Assembly: GCA_965214725.1 (NCBI GenBank)
Contig: OZ243973.1
Span: 1,166,257-1,230,256, forward strand
Length of the DNA: 64,000 bases
Reading direction: 5' to 3'
Source: Dehalococcoidia bacterium
GTDB lineage: Bacteria > Chloroflexota > Dehalococcoidia > UBA6926
Shown here: positions 1-8,958 of the stretch, in pieces
How positions within the stretch are numbered: position 1 is the stretch's first letter
How the letters are laid out: every line of letters starts with the position of its first letter
Translations under genes and position numbers: made by a program
The notes under the pieces: model-generated
What the model saw: the letters and a program-made list of their open reading frames with translations, nothing else
Told to the model about the DNA's origin: nothing
Database searches by the model: none

Positions 1-1
1 C

Positions 2-871
2 GGGGCCGATGATACGATTCTGGCCGGTGACATCCCCATGGCGGCATTGACGGAGGCAGACCGCCTGCGCCTCGTGGCCTATCCCGCCTCCCTCGCCCTC
101 CGTCTGAGGCGCAGCAGCCCGACTGCGAGCGTGCGAGTCGTCTATACCGTCCCCGATCTTGCCACCGATGAGGGGCGTTTTGCTCCCGGCCGGCCCTATA
201 ACCTGACGCCCTTCGGCCGACCGTACGGCTGGCAGCCGGACCCGGCCGCATCCGATGACTCCCGCGCCCTCTACTGGGAGGCGCTCTTTGACGCCCATGT
301 GCAGGAACTGCAGCAGACCGCCCGCGCCACGCAGGTTGAGATTGTCCGAGCGACTGAGCTCGCTGCGCGCCCCCCATTCCTCTCCGTCCTGCGGCTCGCG
401 CTCCGCTCCCCGGGACAGATCGCGGACGCGGTACGCGAATCAGGCGTCGTCACGGAGATGGATGACGAACCGTTGACGTTCGCGGGCGCTATCTGCCGCG
501 CATGTGGCTCCATCCGCGGGACGACGGACTACGACCCTGATTGGGACCGCGCCCAATTCCAGTGTGCCGACTGTGGAGATGCACAGGAGGCGGATATCAG
601 AGAGCAGGGAATGTGGATGCAGGATGATGTGCTGCGCGCCGCCGTCATCGCCGCCCTCAACCCGGGTATCGTCATCCGCCGCCCCGGCGCCAAATGGGAC
701 ACGCGAGAGGCGCTGATAGACGCGCTGCTGATGCTCGCGCTGGGAGACGGCGCGCAGCCACCCACGAGGCTCGCCCCGCCAAGCCTAGACAGCGAGCAAG
801 GCGGCACCCCCCTCAAAGACCTAGTCCGCCTAGCAGACGAATGGAACGAAGACTACGCGGAGCTGCCGTGA
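2..871 (+). CDS. Class I lysyl-tRNA synthetase catalytic-domain-like protein, apparently degenerate; probably 5'-truncated by window edge
   Basis: Frame is open from position 2 (ORF track starts at ATG 38). ICRACG..TT...D...F.CADCG zinc-ribbon pattern and the preceding PFG motif resemble LysRS-I; no HIGH or KMSKS visible. Stop overlaps purL start (GTGA 868-871). Confidence 0.45.
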   Translation, partial: GADDTILAGDIPMAALTEADRLRLVAYPASLALRLRRSSPTASVRVVYTVPDLATDEGRFAPGRPYNLTPFGRPYGWQPDPAASDDSRALYWEALFDAHVQELQQTARATQVEIVRATELAARPPFLSVLRLALRSPGQIADAVRESGVVTEMDDEPLTFAGAICRACGSIRGTTDYDPDWDRAQFQCADCGDAQEADIREQGMWMQDDVLRAAVIAALNPGIVIRRPGAKWDTREALIDALLMLALGDGAQPPTRLAPPSLDSEQGGTPLKDLVRLADEWNEDYAELP

Positions 872-3165
872 CGGTTTCTGATCTGACGTTGGCGGAGTTG
901 TCTCTCTCGCGGGGGGAGTATGCGGAGATCGTCTCGCGCATGGGGCGGGAGCCGAATGATGTCGAGCTCGGCATGTTCGGCATACTGTGGAGTGAGCACT
1001 GCGGCTATAAGCATTCGCGCCTGCTTTTGAGGCTGTTCCCGAACGAAGCTCCCTGGGTGCTCATCGGGCCCGGCGAGGAGAACGCCGGCGCGGTCTCCAT
1101 CGGTGACGGCCTCGCCGTCGTCATGAAGGTGGAGTCCCACAATCATCCGTCCGCTATCGAACCGTATCAGGGCGCGGCGACGGGTGTGGGCGGCATTATC
1201 CGCGATATCTTCAGTATGGGGGCGCGCCCCATCGCCCTGCTGAACGCGCTGTTCTTTGGCCCGCTTGAGGAGCGCGCCCGCAACCGCTATCTGTTTGAGG
1301 GGGTGGTCGCCGGCATCGGCGGCTATGGCAACTGCATCGGCATCCCGGATGTGGCCGGCCAGGTCACGTTCGCGCCATCCTATTCCGCCAACCCGCTCGT
1401 GAACGCCATGTGTGTCGGCATTGTGCGGGAGTCTGAGATGATCAGGGCGAACGCGGGGGGCGCCGGCAATATCCTGTTGCTTGTTGGCGCGGATACGGGG
1501 CGTGATGGCATCCATGGCGCGACGTTTGCCTCCGTCGATCTCTCTGAAGAGTCCGCGGAGCGACGCCCCGCCGTTCAGGTTGGCAACCCGTTCCTCGAAA
1601 AGCTTGTGCTAGAGGCGTGTCTGGAGATTGCGCAGGCCGGCCTGCTTGTCGGGATGCAAGACCTGGGCGCCGGCGGCCTGACGAGCGCGGTGATCGAGTG
1701 CGCGGCGCGGTCAGGCAGCGGCGTTGATATCGATGTCGCCCACGTCCCCCGTCGCGAGGATGGCATGACCGCCTATGAGGTCATGCTGTCTGAATCACAG
1801 GAGCGCATGCTGCTCGTTGTCCCGCCGGACAACGTGGATGGCGTCCGCGCCATCTGCGATAAGTGGGCGCTCGCCTGCGACGAGATCGGCGTCGTCACAG
1901 AGGGAAACCACGCAATCATTCGCGACAACGGCGTGCCTGTGGGTGACATGCCCATCAGCGCGCTGACGGAGCCGCCCGCCTATGAACTGTCCGGCGTGGA
2001 GGCCCCGGAGATTGCCGGCCTCCGCAACCGTGACCTGTCCGACGTGCCGCAGCCGACGGACTGGAATGCCGCGCTGCTGCAGATGCTCGCGGCTCCCTCC
2101 CTCGCCAGCAAGCGGCCTGTCTATCAGCAGTATGACCATCAGGTTGGCAACAACACGGTTCTCGCGCCCGGCCAAGCGGACGCGGCGGTGCTGCGCATCA
2201 AGGGTGCGCGAACGGGCATCGCACTCACGATTGATGTGAATCCGCGCGCCTGCTTTTTGGACCCGTATGTGGGGGGCGCGCTGACCGTTGTGGAGGCTGC
2301 CCGCAACCTATCCTGTGTGGGCGCGCGGCCGCTCGCCATCACGGACTGCCTCAACTTTGGGAACCCGGAGCGTGCGCCGATCGCGTATCAGTTCGAGCAG
2401 GCTATTCGCGGCATGGCCGAGGCGTGCCGCGTCCTCAATATCCCCGTCATCAGCGGCAACGTCAGCCTCTATAACGAATCCGCCGAGGGACCGATTGATC
2501 CGACGCCGACGGTGGGGATGGTGGGGGTGCTGGATGATGTGTCGACGCGCTGCGGCGCCGGGTTCACGTCTGAAGGCGACAGTATTGTTCTGATTGGCGC
2601 CGCGGGGCCTGAACTCGGCGTGGACGCGCTCGGCGCGAGCGAATACCTTGCACGCGTGCATGGGACCGTCGCCGGGCAGCCAAGAGTCGAAATTGAGGCG
2701 GAGGCGCGGGTGCAGGCGCTCACGCGTGAGGCGGTGAGGCGCGGCCTGCTCCACTCCGCGCATGATGTGTCAGAGGGGGGACTCGCCGTGACGGTGGCAG
2801 AATCAAGCGCCATCGGCGGCATCGGCGCGTCCCTCAGCCTAACCCCGCCGTCCGCCCCGATGGATTCCCGCTTTCGCGGGAATGAGGGGAGGGTGGGGAC
2901 GGACACCCCCGCGTCGACCCTCCCCCAGTGGGAGAGGGAGCACGCAGCGCGCATCGATGCGACGCTGTTCGGAGAGGCCCCCGCCCGCATCGTCGTCTCG
3001 CTTCCCGCCGATAACCGCGATGTACTGAACGCCCTTGCGAACGAGCATGGTGTCCCCCTCTGTGAGATCGGGACGGTGGGCGGCGATGCCGTGCGTATCT
3101 CCGGCCTCATCGATATCCCTGTGCGTGAGGCAGCCACCACGTGGGAGGGCGCCCTCACCGAGTAA
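868..3165 (+). CDS. purL: Phosphoribosylformylglycinamidine synthase subunit PurL (small type)
   Basis: WSEHCGYK, KVESHNHPS, GRDGIHGATFAS, DLGAGG, LSESQERM, HDVSEGG motifs; GTG start at 868. Confidence 0.97.
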   Translation: MTVSDLTLAELSLSRGEYAEIVSRMGREPNDVELGMFGILWSEHCGYKHSRLLLRLFPNEAPWVLIGPGEENAGAVSIGDGLAVVMKVESHNHPSAIEPYQGAATGVGGIIRDIFSMGARPIALLNALFFGPLEERARNRYLFEGVVAGIGGYGNCIGIPDVAGQVTFAPSYSANPLVNAMCVGIVRESEMIRANAGGAGNILLLVGADTGRDGIHGATFASVDLSEESAERRPAVQVGNPFLEKLVLEACLEIAQAGLLVGMQDLGAGGLTSAVIECAARSGSGVDIDVAHVPRREDGMTAYEVMLSESQERMLLVVPPDNVDGVRAICDKWALACDEIGVVTEGNHAIIRDNGVPVGDMPISALTEPPAYELSGVEAPEIAGLRNRDLSDVPQPTDWNAALLQMLAAPSLASKRPVYQQYDHQVGNNTVLAPGQADAAVLRIKGARTGIALTIDVNPRACFLDPYVGGALTVVEAARNLSCVGARPLAITDCLNFGNPERAPIAYQFEQAIRGMAEACRVLNIPVISGNVSLYNESAEGPIDPTPTVGMVGVLDDVSTRCGAGFTSEGDSIVLIGAAGPELGVDALGASEYLARVHGTVAGQPRVEIEAEARVQALTREAVRRGLLHSAHDVSEGGLAVTVAESSAIGGIGASLSLTPPSAPMDSRFRGNEGRVGTDTPASTLPQWEREHAARIDATLFGEAPARIVVSLPADNRDVLNALANEHGVPLCEIGTVGGDAVRISGLIDIPVREAATTWEGALTE
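2852..2890. repeat. REP-like palindromic element inside purL
   Basis: ccgccccgatggATTCCCGCtttcGCGGGAATgagggga; 36/39 identical to intergenic copy 28219-28257. Confidence 0.85.
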
Positions 3166-3300
3166 GGTGAGTTGTTCGCACCGTTCGCGCTGAGCATGTC
3201 CGCCTCTTTCGCTCTCAGCCTGTTGAAGGGGCAACCAAGGCAAATGTCCCCGTATACTAGACTCTGTACAGAACCACGATTCCTGCGTGGGGAGGAACAG

Positions 3301-3501
3301 ATGGCCAACGTGACCCGGACAGAAAGAGCGCTTGAGAGTACGTCAAACGGTAGCAAAGGCGGCACTCCAATCAATGAGTGGATGCTGAAGAATCTCACAA
3401 AGCACAGCATCGATGTTGAACAGCCGGATAGGGGCGGCTACCGACCGGTCCCCTTCTGGGACTACAATCACGATCACCTCAAGGAATTGGATGAGGAATA
3501 G
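3301..3501 (+). CDS. Small hypothetical protein, possibly antitoxin remnant
   Basis: GGAGG RBS before ATG 3301; 66 aa. Confidence 0.5.
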   Translation: MANVTRTERALESTSNGSKGGTPINEWMLKNLTKHSIDVEQPDRGGYRPVPFWDYNHDHLKELDEE

Positions 3502-3506
3502 CGCTC

Positions 3507-3578
3507 ATGACGGCGTGCGTCCAAGACTATGAACTCCTTGAGGTGGACGTGGTCAACCCATGGGACGAAGTGACGTAG
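3507..3578 (+). pseudogene. Possible C-terminal remnant of a PIN/VapC toxin
   Basis: Translates MTACVQDYELLEVDVVNPWDEVT; D(F/Y)...V.VVNPW is typical of VapC C-termini; followed by 15-bp direct repeat agtgacgtagccccc (3569, 3593). Confidence 0.3.
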
Positions 3579-3793
3579 CCCCCTCAGCCGCCAGTGACGT
3601 AGCCCCCCCGCACGCCATTTTGGTGGAAAACCATTGGCGGGTATCCTTGCGGGTTGGGGCGGATATGCCTACCCTTGTCTATTGTGTGCCGTTAGGGAAT
3701 TGTCTCTCGCGAGGTAGTTTTCGAACGATGGCGTGAGCCGGCTGACCGTATTGTGGCGGCCCGCCGCCGCGCCCTCTGCGAGTGGCACGATGC

Positions 3794-3822
3794 TTGACAT
3801 ATAGGAACACACGTTCTATCCT
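3794..3822 (+). promoter_or_regulatory. Sigma70 promoter of rplI-dnaB operon with embedded LexA (SOS) box
   Basis: TTGACA(3794-3799)-17 nt-TATCCT(3817-3822); GAAC-ACAC-GTTC at 3805-3816. Confidence 0.8.
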
Positions 3823-3845
3823 GGACGCTGAGTTGAAAGGAACTG

Positions 3846-4553
3846 ATGACCGTGAAAGTCGTACTGATTGATGAGGCGCCCGGCTTGGGCATCGCCGGGG
3901 ATGTCCGCGATGTTAAGGATGGGTATGCTCGCAATTTCCTGTTCCCCAAGGGTCTGGCTGTCCTCGCCACACCGCAGGAGCTCGCACGCGCGGATGCTCG
4001 CAGAAAGGTGGAGGTTGAGCGTCGGACGAAGCTCAATCTTGAGATGGAGAGCGTTGGAGAGCGCCTCACCGGGGAGCGGCTGCTTATCCCGGTGCGTGTT
4101 GGGCCGGGCGGCCGCCTGTATGGGAGCGTGACGGCGGCGGAGATTGCAGAATCTGTGAATGAGACGATGGGCGTGGAGATTGATCGGCGCGCCATTCAGC
4201 TCGCACAGCCCATCCGTGAACTCGGGCATCATCAGACGCCGATTCGCCTCGCGCCGGACGTGATCCCAACCGTCACCGTGACCGTCTATCAGGAAGGGAC
4301 GGAGCCGCCGCCCCTCGTCGCGGAAACGGATGAAGCCCCTGAGGATGAGCAGCAGGATGCCACGGAGGCGGTCGAAAACGCCATCGATGATGACGGTGAT
4401 GATGTGCCCACCGCGGATGCCTCCGTCGAGGAGGCGGTCGACTCCACAGAGCCGGATGGCACGTCTGCTGACGGTGATGCGCCTGCTGACGATGATGCGT
4501 CTGCCGGCGAGGACTCTGCCGAGGAGGATGCTGAGGGAGCAGACGAGGAGTAA
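3846..4553 (+). CDS. rplI: 50S ribosomal protein L9 with acidic C-terminal extension
   Basis: LG..GDV.DVKDGYARNFLFPKG and GRLYGSVT motifs; D/E-rich tail. Confidence 0.97.
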   Translation: MTVKVVLIDEAPGLGIAGDVRDVKDGYARNFLFPKGLAVLATPQELARADARRKVEVERRTKLNLEMESVGERLTGERLLIPVRVGPGGRLYGSVTAAEIAESVNETMGVEIDRRAIQLAQPIRELGHHQTPIRLAPDVIPTVTVTVYQEGTEPPPLVAETDEAPEDEQQDATEAVENAIDDDGDDVPTADASVEEAVDSTEPDGTSADGDAPADDDASAGEDSAEEDAEGADEE

Positions 4554-4554
4554 T

Positions 4555-5934
4555 GTGTACACCGAACAGCTCCCACCTCACGATGACGAAGCCGAGGAGG
4601 CTGTCCTAGGATCCATTCTCATCGACGATGAGACCATCTCCGGTGTTCACGGGATCGTCGAGGCCACCGACTTCTATCGGCAGCGTCACGCATGGGTCTT
4701 TGATGCGTGCATCGCCGTCTCTGCGCGGAATCAGCCAATCAGCCAGATAAGCGTCGCGGATGAGCTCGCCCGTCAGCAACGGCTCGATGAGATTGGCGGG
4801 CTCCCGTTCCTCAGCCACCTCATCGCCGTCGTTCCCACGTCCGTATATGCGGAGAATTACGCGCGCGTTGTCCGGCGCCTCTCTATCCACCGGCAGCTGA
4901 TTGATGCCGGCGCGCAGATTGCCGGCATCGGCACACGCGCCGAGGAGGATGAAGAGGAATCTCTCCGCAAGGCGGAGGAGCTGCTGTATCGGATGCGCCT
5001 CGGGCAGGATACGCGTGATCTGGCGGCGCTGGCGGATATCCTGGGACGCTATGTTGAGGAGAGTGAGCAGGCCGTCGGCGGCAGGGTCGGCGGCGTTCAG
5101 AGCGGCTTTGTTGATCTTGACCGGCAGCTTGGGGGCGGGTTTCAGCCATCAGACCTGCTCATCCTCGCGGCGCGGCCCGGCGTGGGCAAGAGCGCATTCG
5201 CCCTCAACGTCGCCAAAGCTGCCGCTCAAACGCAGGGGCCGGCCGGCCGGCCGTATGTCGTCGCATTCTTCAGCCTGGAGATGGCGTCAGAGCAGGTGGT
5301 TGAGCGCTTGTTGGCCGGTGAGACGGGCATCAACTCGACGCGCATCCGTGGCCGGATATGGACGGATTATGAGGAAGACGCGATCGTCAATGCGGTTGGG
5401 CGGCTGGCCGACCTGCCGCTGTACATTGATGATTCTGTCAACCTGAGTGTTGTGGCGCTGCGCTCCAAGGCGCGGCGGTTGTCACTCACTGAGGGGCTTG
5501 ACCTGATCGTCGTGGACTACATGCAGCTGATGTCCGGAACGAATTCGTTCGGCAATCGCGTTCAGGAGATCAGCGAGATATCCCGGTCCTTGAAAGCGCT
5601 GGCGCGTGATCTGAATGTGCCGGTGTTGGCGCTCTCACAGCTGTCCCGCGCGGTCGAGAACCGCCCCCGCCATGAGCCGCTCCTCTCTGACCTGCGTGAG
5701 AGCGGCGCGATCGAGCAGGACGCGGACGTCGTCCTCTTTCTGTACCGTCCGGACACGGTCTACACGGGCGAGGAATGGGAGCGCCTGCACCCTGATCAGG
5801 ACTATCCGCGCGGCATCGCGGACATCATCGTCGCCAAGCACCGCAACGGGCCGACGGGGCGAATGCAGGTCGTCTTTGAGGAACAGACAACAACGTTCCG
5901 CAGTGCCGCCCGCGCCGGCGGCGCGAGCGTATAG
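4555..5934 (+). CDS. dnaB: Replicative DNA helicase
   Basis: LPPH..EAEEAVLG, ARPGVGKS, FSLEM, VDYMQLM, LSQLSR, DLRESGAIEQDAD, KHRNGPTG; GTG start. Confidence 0.98.
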   Translation: MYTEQLPPHDDEAEEAVLGSILIDDETISGVHGIVEATDFYRQRHAWVFDACIAVSARNQPISQISVADELARQQRLDEIGGLPFLSHLIAVVPTSVYAENYARVVRRLSIHRQLIDAGAQIAGIGTRAEEDEEESLRKAEELLYRMRLGQDTRDLAALADILGRYVEESEQAVGGRVGGVQSGFVDLDRQLGGGFQPSDLLILAARPGVGKSAFALNVAKAAAQTQGPAGRPYVVAFFSLEMASEQVVERLLAGETGINSTRIRGRIWTDYEEDAIVNAVGRLADLPLYIDDSVNLSVVALRSKARRLSLTEGLDLIVVDYMQLMSGTNSFGNRVQEISEISRSLKALARDLNVPVLALSQLSRAVENRPRHEPLLSDLRESGAIEQDADVVLFLYRPDTVYTGEEWERLHPDQDYPRGIADIIVAKHRNGPTGRMQVVFEEQTTTFRSAARAGGASV

Positions 5935-5962
5935 GCTCACGAGAGCGCATCGGACAGCCCAT

Positions 5963-6703
5963 ATGCGTGCCATCAAGGATTTTGGGGGTTTTCCCACGTC
6001 GACGCATGCCACGCCGGTGCCGGAGGCGTTCTTTGCGGAGATCCTCCCATGCCTGACGAGCGCAGAGGAGGTGACACTGTTCCTTGTTGCCCTGCGTCGC
6101 ATCCGTGGCCGCAAAGGGTCTGTCCGCTTTGTCACGGCCCATGAGCTTGCCGCCGCTCCCGAGTTGACAGGGCTGCGCGCACTCACACAGACGGGCGGTG
6201 AGACGGAGAAGGACGATGGGCACGGTTTCGGCGAGACGGTGACGGGTGTCATGGCTGATTTTGTGGATGCCCATGTCTTTCTGGGAGTTGAACTCGAGGA
6301 TGGCGACATCGTCTACTTTGTGAACGATTCTGAGGGGCGGCGTGCTGCGGAGCGTGTCCGCGCCGGCGAGGCAGACCTGCCGGCTGCGCGCGTGCCGTCG
6401 CAAGTGGAGGATGCGCCTCCGGCGCCGGGTGAGATCTTTCGGCTGTATGAGGACACCATCGGCATGATTCCGGGCGGCGGCATCGCCCAGGAACTGTCAG
6501 AAACAGAACTGGAATACCCGGCGGCCTGGATCCGGGAGGCATTTCATGAGGCGGCCGCGCAGAACGTCCGGCGCTGGGCCTATGTGCGCTCGATTCTTCG
6601 CAACTGGAGAGATAGGGGTAGGGGAGATGGAACGACTCAGCGAGGTTCTGCGGAGGAACGCTATCGACGGGGAGAATACGGCAAGGTCGTCCGCTGGCGA
6701 TAA
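5963..6703 (+). CDS. DnaD domain protein
   Basis: C-terminal IFRLYEDTIG...YPAAWIREAF.EA..QNVRRWAYVRSILRNW DnaD motif; lies between dnaB and dnaC. Confidence 0.85.
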   Translation: MRAIKDFGGFPTSTHATPVPEAFFAEILPCLTSAEEVTLFLVALRRIRGRKGSVRFVTAHELAAAPELTGLRALTQTGGETEKDDGHGFGETVTGVMADFVDAHVFLGVELEDGDIVYFVNDSEGRRAAERVRAGEADLPAARVPSQVEDAPPAPGEIFRLYEDTIGMIPGGGIAQELSETELEYPAAWIREAFHEAAAQNVRRWAYVRSILRNWRDRGRGDGTTQRGSAEERYRRGEYGKVVRWR

Positions 6704-8048
6704 CCCTCGCCAGGCCGATGCGCCGCTTGACGTAGACCGCTGCCCCATCTGTGATGGACTCGGGTGGGTAAGCCGTGATGTGCCCCTCACTGACGCGGAT
6801 TTCGGCAAGCTGACCCCGTGCGTGTGCCGGACGGAGGAACTCCAAAACGCGCGCTTTCGTCGGCTGCAGCGCTATGGGCAGCTTGAGCCGTTCGCGGCGG
6901 TAACGTTTGAGGGGTTGAGCGCTGAACTGGCGCGAGAGGGCGCGAATGATGGGGATGCGCGGCACGTGGCTGCGCTTGCGGGTGCGCGTCGCTATGCCGC
7001 GGACCCGGATGGCTGGCTTGTTCTGCACGGCCCCTCCGGCACCGGCAAGACCCGCCTCGCGGCTGCCGTCGCCAATGACGCCATCGGCCGCGGCCTGCCC
7101 GCCCTGTTCGTGTCCGTCCCGGATTTCCTGGACCACCTCCGCTCCGCCTATGCTCCCAACGCGGAGACACCCTTTGATGCGCTCTTTGAGCAGGTCAAGG
7201 AGGCGCCGCTCCTGATCCTAGATGATCTGGGTGCGCAGTCCGCCACCACGTGGGCGCGCGAGAAACTCTTTCAGGTGCTCAATCAGCGGTTCATCGAGCG
7301 TCTGCCAACAGTGATTACAATCAGTGGGCCGCTCGCCAAGATGGAGCCGCAGCTCCTCAGCCGCCTCAACTCCCCGGCTATGTCGACCGTTCTCGCCACA
7401 GGCTCAGTCGGAAGCGATCTCCGTTCCGCGGACGCGCTGGACCTGCCGCGCTTTGCTGAGATGACATTTGAGACGTTTGATGCCCGGTCCTATGACGCGC
7501 TCAGCCGTCCGCAGCGACAGAGTATTGAGGGCGCGATCAAGACATCTCACATCTACGCGGAGCAGCCGGATGGATGGCTGGTGTTCACCGGCGACAACGG
7601 TGTTGGCAAGACGCATCTGGCTGCCGCCATCGCCAATCAGAGCCGCGCCGCCGGCATCGGCACACTCTTTGTTGTTGTGCCGGATCTGTTGGATCACCTG
7701 CGCCACACCTTTGGGCCGCAGAGCGATGTGTCCTATGACGAGCTGTTTGAGGGTGTGCGCACGGTTCCACTGTTGGCTCTCGATGACCTCGGCGCGCACG
7801 CGACCACCCCATGGGCGCAGGAGAAGCTGTATCAGATCATCAATTATCGCTACAACGCCCGCCTGCCCACCGTCGTGACGATGAATATCTCGCTGGACGA
7901 GCTGGCGCATGATGAGCCGCGCATCGCCTCCCGCCTTGCCGATCCGCGTTTCAGCATCGCGTTCAACATAGACGTGCCCAACTACCTGCTCCGCCAAGAT
8001 ACGACTGCGCGGCTGCCGGAGCCGCGCCCGCGGCGTCCGCGCAGATAG
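6627..8048 (+). CDS. DnaC/IstB-like helicase loader with two tandem AAA+ domains
   Basis: N-terminal CPICDG...PCVC Zn motif; two Walker A (GPSGTGKT, GDNGVGKT) and two LDDLG Walker B motifs. Confidence 0.9.
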   Translation: MERLSEVLRRNAIDGENTARSSAGDNPRQADAPLDVDRCPICDGLGWVSRDVPLTDADFGKLTPCVCRTEELQNARFRRLQRYGQLEPFAAVTFEGLSAELAREGANDGDARHVAALAGARRYAADPDGWLVLHGPSGTGKTRLAAAVANDAIGRGLPALFVSVPDFLDHLRSAYAPNAETPFDALFEQVKEAPLLILDDLGAQSATTWAREKLFQVLNQRFIERLPTVITISGPLAKMEPQLLSRLNSPAMSTVLATGSVGSDLRSADALDLPRFAEMTFETFDARSYDALSRPQRQSIEGAIKTSHIYAEQPDGWLVFTGDNGVGKTHLAAAIANQSRAAGIGTLFVVVPDLLDHLRHTFGPQSDVSYDELFEGVRTVPLLALDDLGAHATTPWAQEKLYQIINYRYNARLPTVVTMNISLDELAHDEPRIASRLADPRFSIAFNIDVPNYLLRQDTTARLPEPRPRRPRR

Positions 8049-8065
8049 ACATGTAGAATTGTAGA

Positions 8066-8443
8066 ATGACACGCGCCCCTCAACCTGGCTGTGTCTTCTG
8101 TGCCATCATCGCGGGTCGGAGCCCTGCCGAGATTTGGCATGAGGATGAGAGCCTCATTGTCTTCTTCAACAAGCTGCGTTGGCTGCGCGTCCAACTGCTC
8201 ATCGTGCCGAAAGAGCACAAGACGCAGGCAGAGTTCTGGCGGGAGGATATGGAGCGTGCCGCCGCGCTCGCCGTAGAGCTTGGCGAAGAACATGCGCCGG
8301 GCGGATTCCGCCTCGTCTCCAACTTTGGTATAGACGGCGAGCAGTCACAGCCGCATGCGCACCTCCACCTGCTCGGGGGGCGCCATCTTGGCCTGTACAT
8401 TGAGGATCCGCCGTTCCCGCCGTCCTGGCAGCGGCACGCCTAG
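8066..8443 (+). CDS. HIT family nucleotide-binding protein
   Basis: CVFCAII N-terminus; HAHLHLLGG HIT motif. Confidence 0.92.
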   Translation: MTRAPQPGCVFCAIIAGRSPAEIWHEDESLIVFFNKLRWLRVQLLIVPKEHKTQAEFWREDMERAAALAVELGEEHAPGGFRLVSNFGIDGEQSQPHAHLHLLGGRHLGLYIEDPPFPPSWQRHA

Positions 8444-8475
8444 CAGGGCTCTCAGTTGTGGCGAACAGGCGCCTC

Positions 8476-8493
8476 GTGTGATTTTTTGCACAA
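8476..8493. promoter_or_regulatory. Candidate Rex/CRP-type operator upstream of act operon
   Basis: GTGTGATTTTTTGCACAA (TGTGA-N6-GCACA); a TTGACA...TATCCT promoter lies downstream at about 8565-8593. Confidence 0.45.
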
Positions 8494-8642
8494 GTCTCTC
8501 GTACAATTGGCGCAAGCGTGGAGGGCACGCGGTTGACGCCCTCTTATTTTCTCTGGGTATGTGTTGACATCGGTTCCTGACGGCGTGTATCCTCTGAGAC
8601 TGATACGTATTCAGACTTGCTCTTATGAGGAGCGCGTGATTC

Positions 8643-8942
8643 GTGACTGAGATTGACCCGCAGCCACTCGTGGCCGCAGATTGGGAGCAGATTGAGACCA
8701 CTCTGGTCTATCTGTGGCTTTTGTGGATAGCCGTTATCACCATGGCGATGTCTTTGCTTATCGGCCATGCCGTCATCCCATCACTCACCACGACCGGCCA
8801 CATCGGCCCTGTTTTTGAGCGAGTCCGCCCACTGTTCTACCTGGCCGCCGCCGGCGCCGCCGCCGTTTCTCTCTTTGCCCTCGTCGGCTTCGTGAACGAG
8901 TCTGTGGTTCTGCGGGAAATCTACACCAAGGTGTGGATCTAG
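8643..8942 (+). CDS. Small two-TM membrane protein leading the act operon
   Basis: GAGGAG RBS, GTG start, two hydrophobic segments, 16 bp from actA. Confidence 0.7.
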   Translation: MTEIDPQPLVAADWEQIETTLVYLWLLWIAVITMAMSLLIGHAVIPSLTTTGHIGPVFERVRPLFYLAAAGAAAVSLFALVGFVNESVVLREIYTKVWI

Positions 8943-8958
8943 GGCAGGCGCTGATTCA

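Noticed and set aside
4555-5934. Intein in DnaB
   Set aside because: Length is normal and the motifs are contiguous.
6627-8048. IS21 IstB helper or prophage replication module
   Set aside because: No IstA transposase or terminal repeats; it lies in the rplI-dnaB-dnaD housekeeping operon.
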